Shown here one piece after another: positions 42,225 to 54,590 of a DNA stretch of 64,000 nucleotides. This stretch comes from Paramecium tetraurelia (Eukaryota), in contig CT868664.1 of assembly GCA_000165425.1 (NCBI GenBank), positions 186,001-250,000 of the forward strand, read 5' to 3'. How positions within the stretch are numbered: the stretch's first letter is position 1; each line of letters opens with the position of its first letter. A model generated the notes under the pieces. The model had not been told where the DNA came from. It searched no databases and saw nothing but the letters and a program-made list of their open reading frames with translations. A program made the translations under genes and the position numbers.

Positions 42225-42515
42225 TTTTGATAAATCTTAAGTATTTTTGATTATTCATAAAATATTGATAATTTTTTGATTTCTTTAAATTAATTACTTT
42301 TTAAATTATAAATTTAGTAAATTCTGTTGAAATGTAAATTTTGTAAGTAATAGTTACATTTTAAATAAAAAAGTAACTCCTCCAGGAAAATAACTAAATA
42401 TTATTATGTAATATGATTTATATTAATGAACAAATGATTGTAGTTTATACTATAAATTATGATTTTATGTTTATGTGTAAATTAAATAAATAATTCCTCA
42501 AACTACAGATTTTTT

Positions 42516-44097
42516 ATGCAAACTAGAAATTGGGATAACAAGAAACATTCCCACAATAGTCATTAACAAAAAGATGATTTAAGTAAAAGGATTTTTAAGT
42601 GTTTTTCTTAGATAAACAAAAAAGTGTCCAGTAGCTTTCTGATAATAACAGAAATTTTTTCTCTAATTTTTTAACCTTTTACGAATAAACCCAGGATAAT
42701 TAAATTCAATCAATAGAGTATTATGTATTCATATTTAGGAGGGTCCAAGAATAATTGCATGTAACAGAACTTTTTACTAATCAATAAATATTTGGCTTGT
42801 AGGAAGAATTATCCAAGTAATGGGTCCATAGGATTAAAAAAAATTGGTCAGAGGAGGATAAGTAAATTCTGATATGGATAGTCTTGAAAATCTGTTCAAG
42901 AGACTGCATAAACATTAGAAAAATTGTAAAATGATTGATTTAAAAAATAGCCAACTAAAGTATGGGAGGAAGTAGAGCTACTCATGAGTAGGAGAACAAT
43001 AGAATTGTGTAAAAATAAATGGAATGACTTATTGAAATTATCTTTGTAATAAACACCTTGGACATAAGAGTAAGATGAATAATTAATATAATTGATAAAG
43101 TATAATATAATATTAGATTTAGTTAAAGCAAAGAGGATGGTATGTAGAATAAATGGTGTAAAATTGCTAATTTATTAAACAAACATTTTAAAGACTCTCC
43201 AAGAACAGGGAAACAATGTAGAGAAAGATGGAATAATCATCTGAATCCTGAAATAAATAGACATCCATGGAATATAAAGGAAGATATAGAATTGTTAGAA
43301 CTAGTCAAAAAAAAGTAAAAGAAATGGGCTTTGATCTCAAAAATCTTAAAACCAAAAAGGAGTGAAAACGCAGTAAAAAATAGATATAATTGTTTATTGA
43401 AGAAAAATAATTGCTAATCGATCAATGTTCTAATGGACATATTAAAAAAAAAATATTAATCTGAAAATCCAGCTGTTAATTTGTAAACAGTTAAAAAAAA
43501 TAAATTAACACCTATAAATTAAAGTATAATTATGTAATATTTTAGACTAATTTTAAGTACCAGAACCCTAACAGATTATTAATACCGTCAGGGAATTCAG
43601 TATCTAGCAATTTGAAATAATTGAGACAAGCTAACTTAAATGTCTAACACCTGCTTTTTATGATTCCAAAACTTAATCCTTATACCTTAGCAATAAATCA
43701 TAATTGATGTCCTACTTAAGCAACCAAATGATCAAAATTGGAAGTGAATAGAATGTCTAAAATTTTGATCATCACTACTAACAGCATGACTTCTCCAATT
43801 AAATAAGTGGTATTTTAAATATAGCGGATTCTTCTAACTATGCAAAGTGTATACCAAGTGCTTTTGCACAACCAATATAATAAGAAGAAAAGTATATTTT
43901 CATATATAATTCTTTAAAGATCGCAATTTAATATTCCAGGAGTATAAAATGAATAAATTAATCGAGAGAAACCAATTTTAAATACCAAAGGCTGTTTTCA
44001 TTCATTTTTTGCTTCAAAGTTGGCTGATACATAATTACAGATCAAATTTAAAGTTGCTATTGACTAAGAAGAAAATAATTTATAATTAAATAAATGA
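42516..44097 (+). CDS. Three-repeat Myb/SANT transcription factor
   Basis: WSEEDK..RRTIELCKNKW, PWTQEQDE..RTGKQCRERWNNHLNP, PWNIKEDIEL..RSENAVKNRYN. Start approximate. Confidence 0.85.
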
Positions 44098-44137
44098 ATA
44101 ATCTTTATAAATTATTAATTTGACATCAGTAAAAAAT

Positions 44138-44921
44138 TCATAAAGTCTCTTTTGCTTCGCTAAATTTATGTTCTGTGAGGATAGTTGACTCATAGATATC
44201 CTCTACAATTTCTGGAAAAATAAACAACTTTGGTTTTGGTCTGTAATTTTTTTGTGCTTCTCCACAGGCTTTTATATAATTACAAATTCTTACTCTAATT
44301 TTTACAATCCATATTATTATAGGCAAATTTAGTTTATTGTTCTTTAGTGTTCAATATTGATTATTATATCATTTAAGATCCAAAACTATTTGATTGCCCA
44401 AAAGTAAAATGGCTTTGTGAAGATGAGAAGCTTATGGATTCCAATTGTATGTTGATTTGTAACTAATTTTAATGGAAGAATGTTTGTTAATCTTTAGTTT
44501 CATAAGACTGCTGCATTTTCTATTCTATCATAAATTAAGGAATGTGTTGCTTAATGAAATAGTTTTAGGTATCAAAATTCTAATTATGAAATGTTGGAGT
44601 TGAAATTGGCTGATTTTATCTTTAGGTGGCTGTATTATTATAATTTATTTTTTATTGAGGAAACATCAATTGCATCCTTTGTAGGTTCGATTCTTGCTAT
44701 TTGTAATTTTGTTTTTTATTTTTTAATTCAATAAGTTTTTTAAGTAAAATCAATCTCAATGGTTCTTTGTTGTGTTGTTCTAAAGATTAAAAGTGTTTTC
44801 TCAAAGAAGCAATAATTTCACTTGTCTCTTCATATTCTTTATCTTTTGATTCTTCTTCCGTTACTTGAGATGAAGAAAAAATACTTCTTAAAATATATTT
44901 TAACTTTTCAAATAAGTTCAT
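44138..44921 (-). CDS. Hypothetical protein
   Basis: Starts MNLFEKLKYILRSIFSSSQVTEEE and ends ...HKFSEAKETL*; the ORF-track fragments 44787-44984 and 44138-44326 belong to it. Confidence 0.55.
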
Positions 44922-45122
44922 TAAATTTAAATTTGATGTGTTTTTGCATAAATAAATAAAATTAAGAAGATAGTTCTTTTTCAATTACGGTATATTATTA
45001 ATAATAATTTTCTTGCATCATATTTTGAATTAATTATAAATCATGGATTTAATGTTCATAATATATAATTTTAAACACTCACATCACTTTCATGTGAGAT
45101 TCAAAATTTATACTAACTGATA

Positions 45123-46077
45123 ATGCACTTCAAGTGCTTTGCAAATGGAATGAGTATTGATTATTCATACAGATATTACTGTTATTTTAATGATGTTAGA
45201 ATATCATAGATTTTTAATAAAAGCATTATTAAAACATTTTTTTGGAGTTTTGATAATGAACCAAGTTAGATAGAGAGAGAATAGAAAGCTTTCACAGAGT
45301 CAGAAGAATTAAAACTACAATCTACCCAAAAGAGCCTCATCATAATTTAAGTAATTATTTAATAAATTGAAAGAATTCATCATTTGCCAAGCATCTCTAG
45401 CAACACCACATGTTGCAGTAATTCATGTACTTCAAGTCCACCTTAGAGTTGTTCCAAATTGGATGAGGATAATGTAGAGAGTATAATAAGTAAACATTAT
45501 TAGATATATTGGTTTCCAAAAATACATCATAAGATCCTCTAAGTTGTTTTAACTATGATGATTTCAAAAGATTACTACCTGTTACTATTAATGGAATCAA
45601 AATTCTGAAGATTGATTGGAGTTATTTTACAGCATCCCCAAATATGTCATCTCCATGGAAAGCTCATTGTTTTTGGACAGTTGGATATACTTTTGATATC
45701 AACATGAGAAAGATGAAAAGATCATAGAATATAAGATATCGGTTAATCATCCAAAGTTGGTGTTGTTTCAATAATAAATCTTGGGTGAAAAACAAATGGG
45801 ATAGATTATTAGAACATGAAACTGGACATTATCTAATTGGTTGTTTGTGTGCTTTAGATTTTAAATAAAAGTAAATTATCAATAAACAATAATTAGAGCA
45901 GACAAATTCAAATATACTAAGAATTATCGAATGGAATGCACAAAGTTATTTCAAGATACATTCTAGTTCTATTTACAAATGGAGAAACAATATGATGAGG
46001 AAACTAATCATAGTCAAAATGTAGCCAAACAAAAGGAATGGAATCAATTTATAAAGGAAGAACTCATAAAATATTGA
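45123..46077 (+). CDS. DUF922-like putative zinc metallopeptidase (HExxH)
   Basis: 'IDWSYFTASP..WKAHCFW..FNNKSWVKNKWDRLLEHETGHYLIG..QYDEETNHSQNVAKQKEWNQFIKEEL'. Two introns; start uncertain. Confidence 0.7.
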
Positions 46078-46331
46078 TACAATCATGTTTCTCAATTAAT
46101 TATTTCTTGCTCCTCATCAATCGCATATTATATTAATTAATATATATAACAGACAACAATCTACATATGTAAATGTGATTGTACAGTAAATAATTGATTA
46201 TGCTGTGAATTATAAATCAACAGAAATTCTAGATATTATAACATAAATCGAATGATTATGAATTAGTTTGAGTATTAGTATTTTCAAAATCGAATGTAAA
46301 TTAAAACAATAATAATAAATTAAGTCATTTT

Positions 46332-47138
46332 ATGTTCAAAGAGATTAAGCAGGAATTGGCCTAGAAGTATAAGCAATTAGAGCTAGATCAAATTGAGATA
46401 ATGCAAAAACTCCAAGCCTACAAGGAAACTGCACAAAACAAGTAATATGTTGATAACACATCATTATTGATTGATGATATACAAAACTCATCTCTTCTCT
46501 TACTTTCAAATACATAAAGGGATGTAACAGATAAAACAATTTCTGAATTAAAAAAAGCATTAGAAGAATCTGAAAGAGATAGGGAGAATAAAATTGAATA
46601 AATTAACGAATTAAAAAAATTAAATTAAAAATTATACGAGGAGTTAAATGGTGCTAAAAACAATGTTATCAAGTCAAATAAACTTTTAAATGAAATCACA
46701 ATATAAAAAGAAGAATTAATGAATTAGATAAATATGATGAAAAAGCATAAATCAGTCGATTCGTCTTTTTATTAGACTTCTATTACGGATATTACGAATC
46801 AAGATATTTCAATTCAGATGAATCGAAAAAAGTCAATGTCACAATATGAAACCACTGATTAGAAACAATTAAAATAGTATAAAAAGTTTACAGAAAGTGT
46901 TAAAGACATGATAATAAAATTATAACCAAAATTATATGATAGTAAAATAAATTATTAAATACTTTTAGATTAGAATGTGTCACTGTAAGATGCTTGGAAA
47001 TGGCTGAAGATTATTATCAATGACTATGTTCAAATTGCTAATACTATAAAACAATTAAAATCAATTCTTAATGTGGAATAGCCTTACATAGTTTTGGAGG
47101 TTCAATAATTAATCAACATGATTGTTTATAAATAATGA
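46332..47138 (+). CDS. Coiled-coil hypothetical protein
   Basis: MFKEIKQELAQKYKQLELDQIEIMQKLQ..., heptad-rich, one intron near 46942-46968. Confidence 0.65.
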
Positions 47139-47235
47139 TTCATTATCACAAATAAAATCATATTTTTTTGTTCTATTTCTATTGAAACTAAATGCAGAAA
47201 CCAAATACATTAATTTAAAAAATCAAAATTCAAAA

Positions 47236-47950
47236 ATGGATAATAAGAAAAAAAAGAATAAGAATAAAGCTAAATAAGAACAACAATCCAAATAATAATA
47301 ATAATAACAATAAAACTAATTAGTACCTCAAAATTAGCAACATCATCACGATCATAATTGTCATGATCATCATGGTAATGAAGATCATCATCATGACCAT
47401 AATCATTGTAATCATAGTTTGCCTACTGGTGATGTTCCTAATATCGATCCAGCCAGTTTATTAAGTGGTTTGAATAAAGGAGAAGGATTACTTGGTAGTT
47501 TAAGCATGATTCCTAAATTGACAGAAATGTTGAATCAATTAACCAATTTCGGAGGTTAAGCCTTCAAACCTGATGATCCTCTCCCTGATTTCACTAAATT
47601 CGATTAAACTAAGGTAACCTAAATTTACATCTTTATAGTAAACTTTGGAAGTAGCAATTGAGGAATTTTAGTAAACCATTGAAAATGTACAAAAGAAAGA
47701 TTACACAAATCTAACAAAGCCCGTTGTGTAAAAGCAACAATCACAAAAATTAACCAAATAACAACAACAATAAAGAGATAAGTATGATTTTTAATTATCA
47801 TTATAGAAACAATTCAATTATCAAATAAAATATCGATTACTTGAATACATTGTAAAAGGACCTGAAAAAACTCTTACAAGATGTAATAATATCATAAATA
47901 TAATAGTAATCTATGAGTGGAATCGCACCAATATTAAACCAAGGTATTGA
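47236..47950 (+). CDS. Gln- and His-rich hypothetical protein
   Basis: Poly-Q encoded by TAA/CAA runs, then QHHHDHNCHDHHGNEDHHHDHNHCNHS. Two introns; ends ..YEWNRTNIKPRY*. Confidence 0.75.
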
Positions 47951-48340
47951 GAACTTAAATTAAGATATCTAATATTATTAAAAGTAGTAAGAAATTTGAG
48001 AATTAAATGTTTAATATTAATTATTAAATTATACAAATTCATAAATAATTTAATCGATCTTCGAGATATATACTATTTTCTAAATTATATTTACAACATT
48101 ATGTACTTAGTTTTCATGTCTTCTTCTTCAAAATTCATTAGAATGCTAAGTTGCAAAGTTTTATGTATGCACTGTAAAATATCATAAAATTGTTTATATT
48201 CAATTTTTATAGATTATAGCTTTATTACGCATTATCATTTTGAACACTGAACTAATTTAGAATCCATTACATAAGTTAAGACTTATTGGACTAATTATAT
48301 CTAATCTCATTTTCTATTTTCAGTCGTTGAATTTCGTATA

Positions 48341-48983
48341 ATGATGCGAATTACAACACCAAATGACCACTTATAAGAGTATTAATATAAATTTTATATT
48401 TTCCTCTAATAAGAAATGAATTAATATGAATATATGAACAGAATCTTGTAAAACTAGTTAGCCAATTACCCTATTTAACTCTGGTTATAATATTAACCCA
48501 CTATGTTTTAATACAGTATAAAAATCATCTAGCCATAATTAGTCCCTTAAATTTATTGTTGTGAACTGACCTAATAAAATAAAGAGCTGCAACGTGTAGG
48601 TAGCAATAGCAATGACACAATTAAATAGGAATTATAAAATTAGAGCTGTTCACAGTTACCTTAATTGTTGGAAGAGCCTTTATATATTAAAAATGAAACA
48701 GAAAGAGAAATAAAAGAGAATAAACTTAATGGTATTGAAAATTCATCCAATTTATTGTTTAGGACATTGGACGAAAGAAGAGCATGGATTGTATCTTGAA
48801 TTTGTTAATAATCACTTTGATATTTTGAAATCAAAATATGCTAAGAAATCCAAAAGGATTTTTAAATTGATGAGCTAGTTCATACCATCACGAACTCCTA
48901 CATAATGTAGATCACACCATCAAAAATTTAACCCACTTTAATCTAGCCTAAAGAAGAACAATTTGAAATAGATGAAATATTGA
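48341..48983 (+). CDS. Single-repeat SHAQKYF-class Myb protein
   Basis: 'GHWTKEEHGLYLEF...IPSRTPTQCRSHHQKFNP'. Confidence 0.8.
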
Positions 48984-49207
48984 TAATTAATAACATTAAT
49001 ATTGCTAATTATTCTAAAATTAATGAGTTTTATTGTTTAATATTCATAAATCAAGTAAAAAATGCTTTGTTTATTCTTTATATATTATATTATATTAAAA
49101 ATACAATTCAATTCTATAACAAATATAGTATCATATAAATTATTAGGATACATTAAAAATTTTGAATTTATTATCACCAAAACTAGTTATATATTTTATA
49201 ATTGAGT

Positions 49208-49947
49208 ATGTATTGTAAATAAATAGAATTCTAATTCTATAACTTCGAATAGCAAGAGCAATTTTGTATATAAATGTGAATAAAATGATTTTAAAACTAA
49301 ACTAATTCTATTCAAGATAAAAAGAACCAAAATAGCCATAATTAATTAAGATCTAGAGTTAGGTAAAGCCAATCTTTCAGAATTCTAAATGACTAAGACA
49401 AAATTAAAAATCACATTTGGTTTTACAGAACAAAAAATAATTTAGAATTAGGTTGAATCTTTGAATAAATCTAATAGTTTCCAACTTCCAAGTTTCAAAA
49501 AATTAACAGTTTTGCAGGATAAAACAAACGATTGAAAAATTAGAAAATTATGAGAACGATGAGCTTCACTGCTATTTAAACTTTTATGCTTTAAAATATT
49601 TTCAATCCTCAAAATATACGATCAGGTGTATATGCTATTGGAAGAAACAAATTGATATATCATCATAGCTGAATAGGGATCTTAAAACATAATTTAGATT
49701 ATGTATTTTTTTAAATAATTGTGGGTAACTATTGGTTTTAACATAAAATTCTACATCAATTAAAGAATGGGATTTAAATTTATCAAATAAATACAATGAT
49801 AAGTATCATAAATTAATTAACTTGCTTAGATAATTTTGCACAACCATTTTGGAAGATGATTATGTGGGATCAGTGATTTAGGGCATTTCGAATGGGCTAA
49901 ATTAATATAAGAGTGTGGAATGTTTAGTATAAAATTAGTATTTTTGA
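49208..49947 (+). CDS. Hypothetical protein
   Basis: Long code-6 open frames ending ..KSVECLVQNQYF* (TGA ~49945-49947); 5' exon structure unresolved. Confidence 0.4.
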
Positions 49948-50023
49948 AATCATTCTTCTGTATATTTTGATAACACAATTTTTTAAATGGCAAATGCTTT
50001 AATTTAATACTTATATCAGATTA

Positions 50024-50769
50024 ATGCAAGCTGAAAATGACCATTAATAAGAGAGCTCAAATAACATTAATCATCTTCGTTAGAAATCATCATATGTATG
50101 AAGTATTCCAATTATCGTTTCAGTTAATCAGGAATAGAAGAAAAATTTATGATGACAATGATTTTAGGGAGGTTGTCAAAAATTTCTACAATTTGATCTC
50201 AGAAATAAATAAAGGCTAAGAATCTGTTTAGCCACTAACGGTTAAGAAAATAACAAAAGCTGCCTTACGTAAATAGCCTCAATAATTGAAATAAAGAAAT
50301 GCAAATAAAAACAAGTAACCCACTAAGGAACTTCCTTAGTCCAAAAGAGAAGTCAATCTCAAACCTGATTAACAGGCTTAATAATACTTCAATTCTTGTT
50401 TCAGTCAATAAATAATGAGTCAGCTATTGCCTAAATTGGATTAACCTTATAGTAAATAAGTTCCTTTCCTATACGATAAACCTAAGCCTCATCTGAATTT
50501 CAAACGAAATCAAATTCACATCCAAGCTGCTTATTAAATATATATTAAGGAATTCGGTTCCGGATTCGTGGAAAGTCAAGATCCCACTTCATTTGCAAGA
50601 AAAGTTATGAATTCCAATTTTAATTCTAAAGTAAAATTTCATTAAGAACCAGACCCAAAACTAAGAAGAGGAAAAGGAGAGTGACAGATCAGATAAATAA
50701 AATAAATCTCATGAGGATGGCAAAAAGAAAGCCTTAAAAGAATTAGTTCGAGAATTTTAGAGTGATTGA
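50024..50769 (+). CDS. Hypothetical protein
   Basis: MQAENDHQ..SSY/LIRNRRKIYDDNDF..HIQAAYQIYIKE..; two 28-nt introns restore the frame to TGA 50767-50769. Confidence 0.6.
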
Positions 50770-51069
50770 TGAATTTTTAAAACAATAGGAGTAGTATAAA
50801 ACAATAAAATTCATCTATTTTTTTTGAGTGTTCTTTATTATAATCGCTTCTGTTCCTAAAAAATTAAAAAGATCACTTTTTTTCTTAATCTATTAGTTAA
50901 TACTTTAAATATCAAATGTCGCCTATATATATTTTCAAATTCATATATTTTAGTAAATTCATCGAAAACCTATTTTATATTTTGTTAGTATTTTTTTATA
51001 TTGTTTTGAGTCAAAGAGCCATTTTATTATTGATAATTAATTGTAAAAAATAAAGGACAACAATACTAA

Positions 51070-52621
51070 ATGAATTGTAATTGAAATTAGTATTTTACAT
51101 TAGAATACAAACTTGTAGGGAAAAAAGGAGAGGGAACATTTTCAGAGGTTATCAAATCACAATCATTCAAAACAGGAAACTATGTTGCTATAAAATGCAT
51201 GAAAAATAAATTCACATCAATTGAATAAGTATACGATTGTATGAAGACTAAAGGTTAATCATTTGAGAGAAATTCAAGCATTAAGGAAATTGAGTCCTCA
51301 TAAACACATCATAAGGCTGATAGAAGTTCTATAGTAACTCAATTTATTACTATTATGGTAGTGATGAACCTACAGGAAGATTAGCTTTAGTATTTGAATT
51401 AATGGAATAGAATCTATACGAACATATCAAGGGTATCTGAATATACCTTACATTTAGGTAGGAGACAACCGTTGAATCCTTAAAAAGTTAAATCCTTTAT
51501 GTTCTAACTGTTAAAATCGATTGATCATATGCATAGAAATGGTATCTTCCATAGAGATATCAAGCCGTATACATTAAAAATTTAAATAGTGAAAACATTT
51601 TACTGAATTCAGATCATCTGAAACTTGCTGATTTTGGATCTTGCAAAGGCATTTATTCTAAGCATCCTTATACAGAGTATGAATTACCTTCATCTGATAA
51701 TAGATATATCTCAACCAGGTGGTATAGAGCACCGGAATGCTTACTGACAGATGGATATTATGACTAGAAGATGGATTTATGGGGTGTAGGATGTGTAATG
51801 TTTGAAATCATAGCTCTATTTCCTCTATTTCCAGGAACAAACGAATTGGATTAAATTCATAAGATCCATAATATTTTGGGAACTCCAAATCCCAAGGTTT
51901 TTGATAGATTCAGAAAGTAAGTGAATTCAATTTTGATAATAGATAAGCTACTCACATGGAAATTAATTTCCCCAACAAACATGGAAGCGGTATTGAAAGA
52001 CTTCTCCAAGGTTAAACCAAGGAATGCATTGATTTAATTAAATAGCTATTGGTATATGATCCTGAGGAAAGAATCACTGCTTAAGCTGCTTTGAAGCATG
52101 AATATTTTAGAGAACTGCATAGAGAACTGTATGAAGCAGATGTCCCCCTATAGAACTTTAAAAGCATCGGAGGATGTTGTCAACATTTTCAACATTAGGA
52201 GTAATGAAATTATCGATAAATAGGAATGATAATTTTTTGGAAAATACTAAAAGAATTGATGATCCTAAACAGCCGTATTAACCGAATGTGAAAAAGCCAT
52301 AAAATCAAAATGCAAAAACATAAAAAAATCCTGGAGTAATTGTATTTATTTAGAGTTTAGTTTCCATTATTGTAAGGTGAATTAAAAATAGATAAGAATC
52401 ATGATAGTGATGATGGTGTAGATAAATAACCACCAATATTACCTGAAATTAAGAGAAAAAAGAAGTATGATCCCAAAATTATTTACGGGAAATAATATCA
52501 ATCTAATCAAGCATATTAGTTTAATTCTAAAGGTATCTATAATGAAATCATTAAATTAGCTGGTAAAAAAATGGTGCTTGGATTATAAGCAGATTACATA
52601 TTTATGGGAAGAAAGCTATGA
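51070..52621 (+). CDS. MOK: MOK/RAGE (LF4-type) CMGC kinase, ciliary length regulator family
   Basis: '[76 protein letters not shown]'; about 10 tiny introns. Confidence 0.92.
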
Positions 52622-52730
52622 ATTAGCAAGTCTTAGGCTGAAAAATTTAATTTTTTGAATGTTATGATTCATCATCTATTTGATATTAATGTGCTTTTTG
52701 AATCATCATCATTTCCAATTATAATTAAAA

Positions 52731-53321
52731 ATGAAGATATTAGTGATAGCTTGTTTAATGGTTTTAACATTATCCAACCCTTTGGAGAAAATCCAAAAGA
52801 TCAATGTTCCATGCATTGAAGAAATAGGATTCCTTACCAAGGATTTGTTTGTCTTTGGTTTAGACATTGCTAGACATAAATTCTGCCATCAAGTTAAAGA
52901 TGTTATTGTTATCATCATGGAAATTGTCAAATTGAAAAAGGCTTGTTCATCTTCTGATAGCACAGCAATTATGGAAGAACACAATAAAACTTTGACATGT
53001 TTACAAAATTCACTTGATATTGCTGAAGATGCTCATCACGCATATAATGCTTTTATGAAAAATGGAATCACCGATGAATTGATTGAATAGACAACCTCTA
53101 TCCAATAATAATTAGTCTCCACTTTGAGTAGATGTAGTGCCAAGGCAAAATTACTTGAAGAAATCTTCCCTACTCATTGCATAACAGTAATGAATGATAT
53201 GGCCAGAAATGCACTATCTATTAAGGAACAAAGACATCAACCTTGGAAAATTATGGAAGGATTAGTGGAATTGGGTGAAAATTATCAAGGAGCCAAACAA
53301 CATTGTCCATTTATGAAATGA
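52731..53321 (+). CDS. Secreted 196-aa protein with three Cys-bracketed helical repeats
   Basis: Signal peptide MKILVIACLMVLTLS. ORF-track pieces 52731-53090 and 53124-53321 join in frame through TAG/TAA=Gln. Confidence 0.8.
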
Positions 53322-53679
53322 GCAATTACCAATATAAAACATAGAATCAATTATTATTTTTTATTAATTACTCTAGATTATAATATTTTCTAAATATATT
53401 TTAAATTTACATCATCTGAATTATCTTAGGATGATGAGGAGCATAATTGTAGAAATTTCATTGCTAAAATTAATTGAAATCTAAAAATCAAAATAGCTAT
53501 TTTAATTTAAAGTAATTTCTTCATATTTTAATTAATACAGGAAATATATTTTAAGGTTAATATGTATTATCTCAATTTAAGCTGTGATACACATTGTATA
53601 TCAATATAAAAATATAATATGATTTAAGAAAATGAAGCAACTTATTTATTATATTATTATATAAATAATTAGAAATTTG

Positions 53680-54523
53680 ATGCTCAATCGAACTGATAAG
53701 AGCTCTTAATTTCGACGAACAAATTAAAGTATAGAAGGTGCATCCAGAAAGGACATTATTTCAGATTAAAAATCTAGAAAGGAATTAGGTGTTCCTTAAG
53801 AAGAAGAGAGGAAAATGCTAGGATCAAAAGACAGCGAGAAGCGATCTCAAATTAAGATCGGCAGTCATTAATAATCAAGGAAGACTCTCAGAGGATAGGA
53901 TGAGGAGGAAAAGGGAACCAAGGTTATAGGCGAAGGAAGATTAGATGAATATGGGGAAGAGGAAGAGGACATTGTTTGCTTAAGGTTTCCTCACCTCTCG
54001 TTTTGTCCATACAATTACCAATCTCAATTAAAAGAGACTTTGTTCATTGAAATTTAACCTGGAATTTATCTTTGTGGATTTGCTATGGGGTTATGGACAA
54101 AACACTTGTTATAGAAGGCAGTTACAAATGTTTTGAATTTGACTTCCATGGAATACACAAAAAGAACTAAGTATTTTAAATATCTGAACATTGATGTTCA
54201 CAATACTTCTGATGAGGATATTAAAAAACACTTTAGGATAAGCAATAGATTCATAAGAGAAGTAGAATATTTGAATAATTATTATGTAGACATTACTATA
54301 AAAGGGGAAGGTGCTTATTCATTGCAGAGATGGACTAAATATCGGTCCCTGTTTTATCTTGGCTTATTTGATAAATGAAATAAAAATGCCCTTGAAATTA
54401 GGTATTGAGTTGTTGCAGAACCTGATTCCACAATTAGACATTGCTGTTCATTTCTATAAACAATTAGAACAATATGATTTGGAGAAGTTGGCTCTATTAT
54501 AAATAAAAACTAAGGATTCATGA
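53680..54523 (+). CDS. Dual-specificity phosphatase-fold protein, probable pseudophosphatase
   Basis: 'EIQPGIYLCG..VTNVLNLT..YLNIDVHNTSDEDIKKHF..KVLIHCRDGLNIGPCFILAYL'; the CX5R arginine is replaced by Ile. Confidence 0.85.
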
Positions 54524-54590
54524 TTTTGAATTGATTCACAAGCATAGGATATTATTTTATTATATTTCATACACTATTAATTTGCATTTT

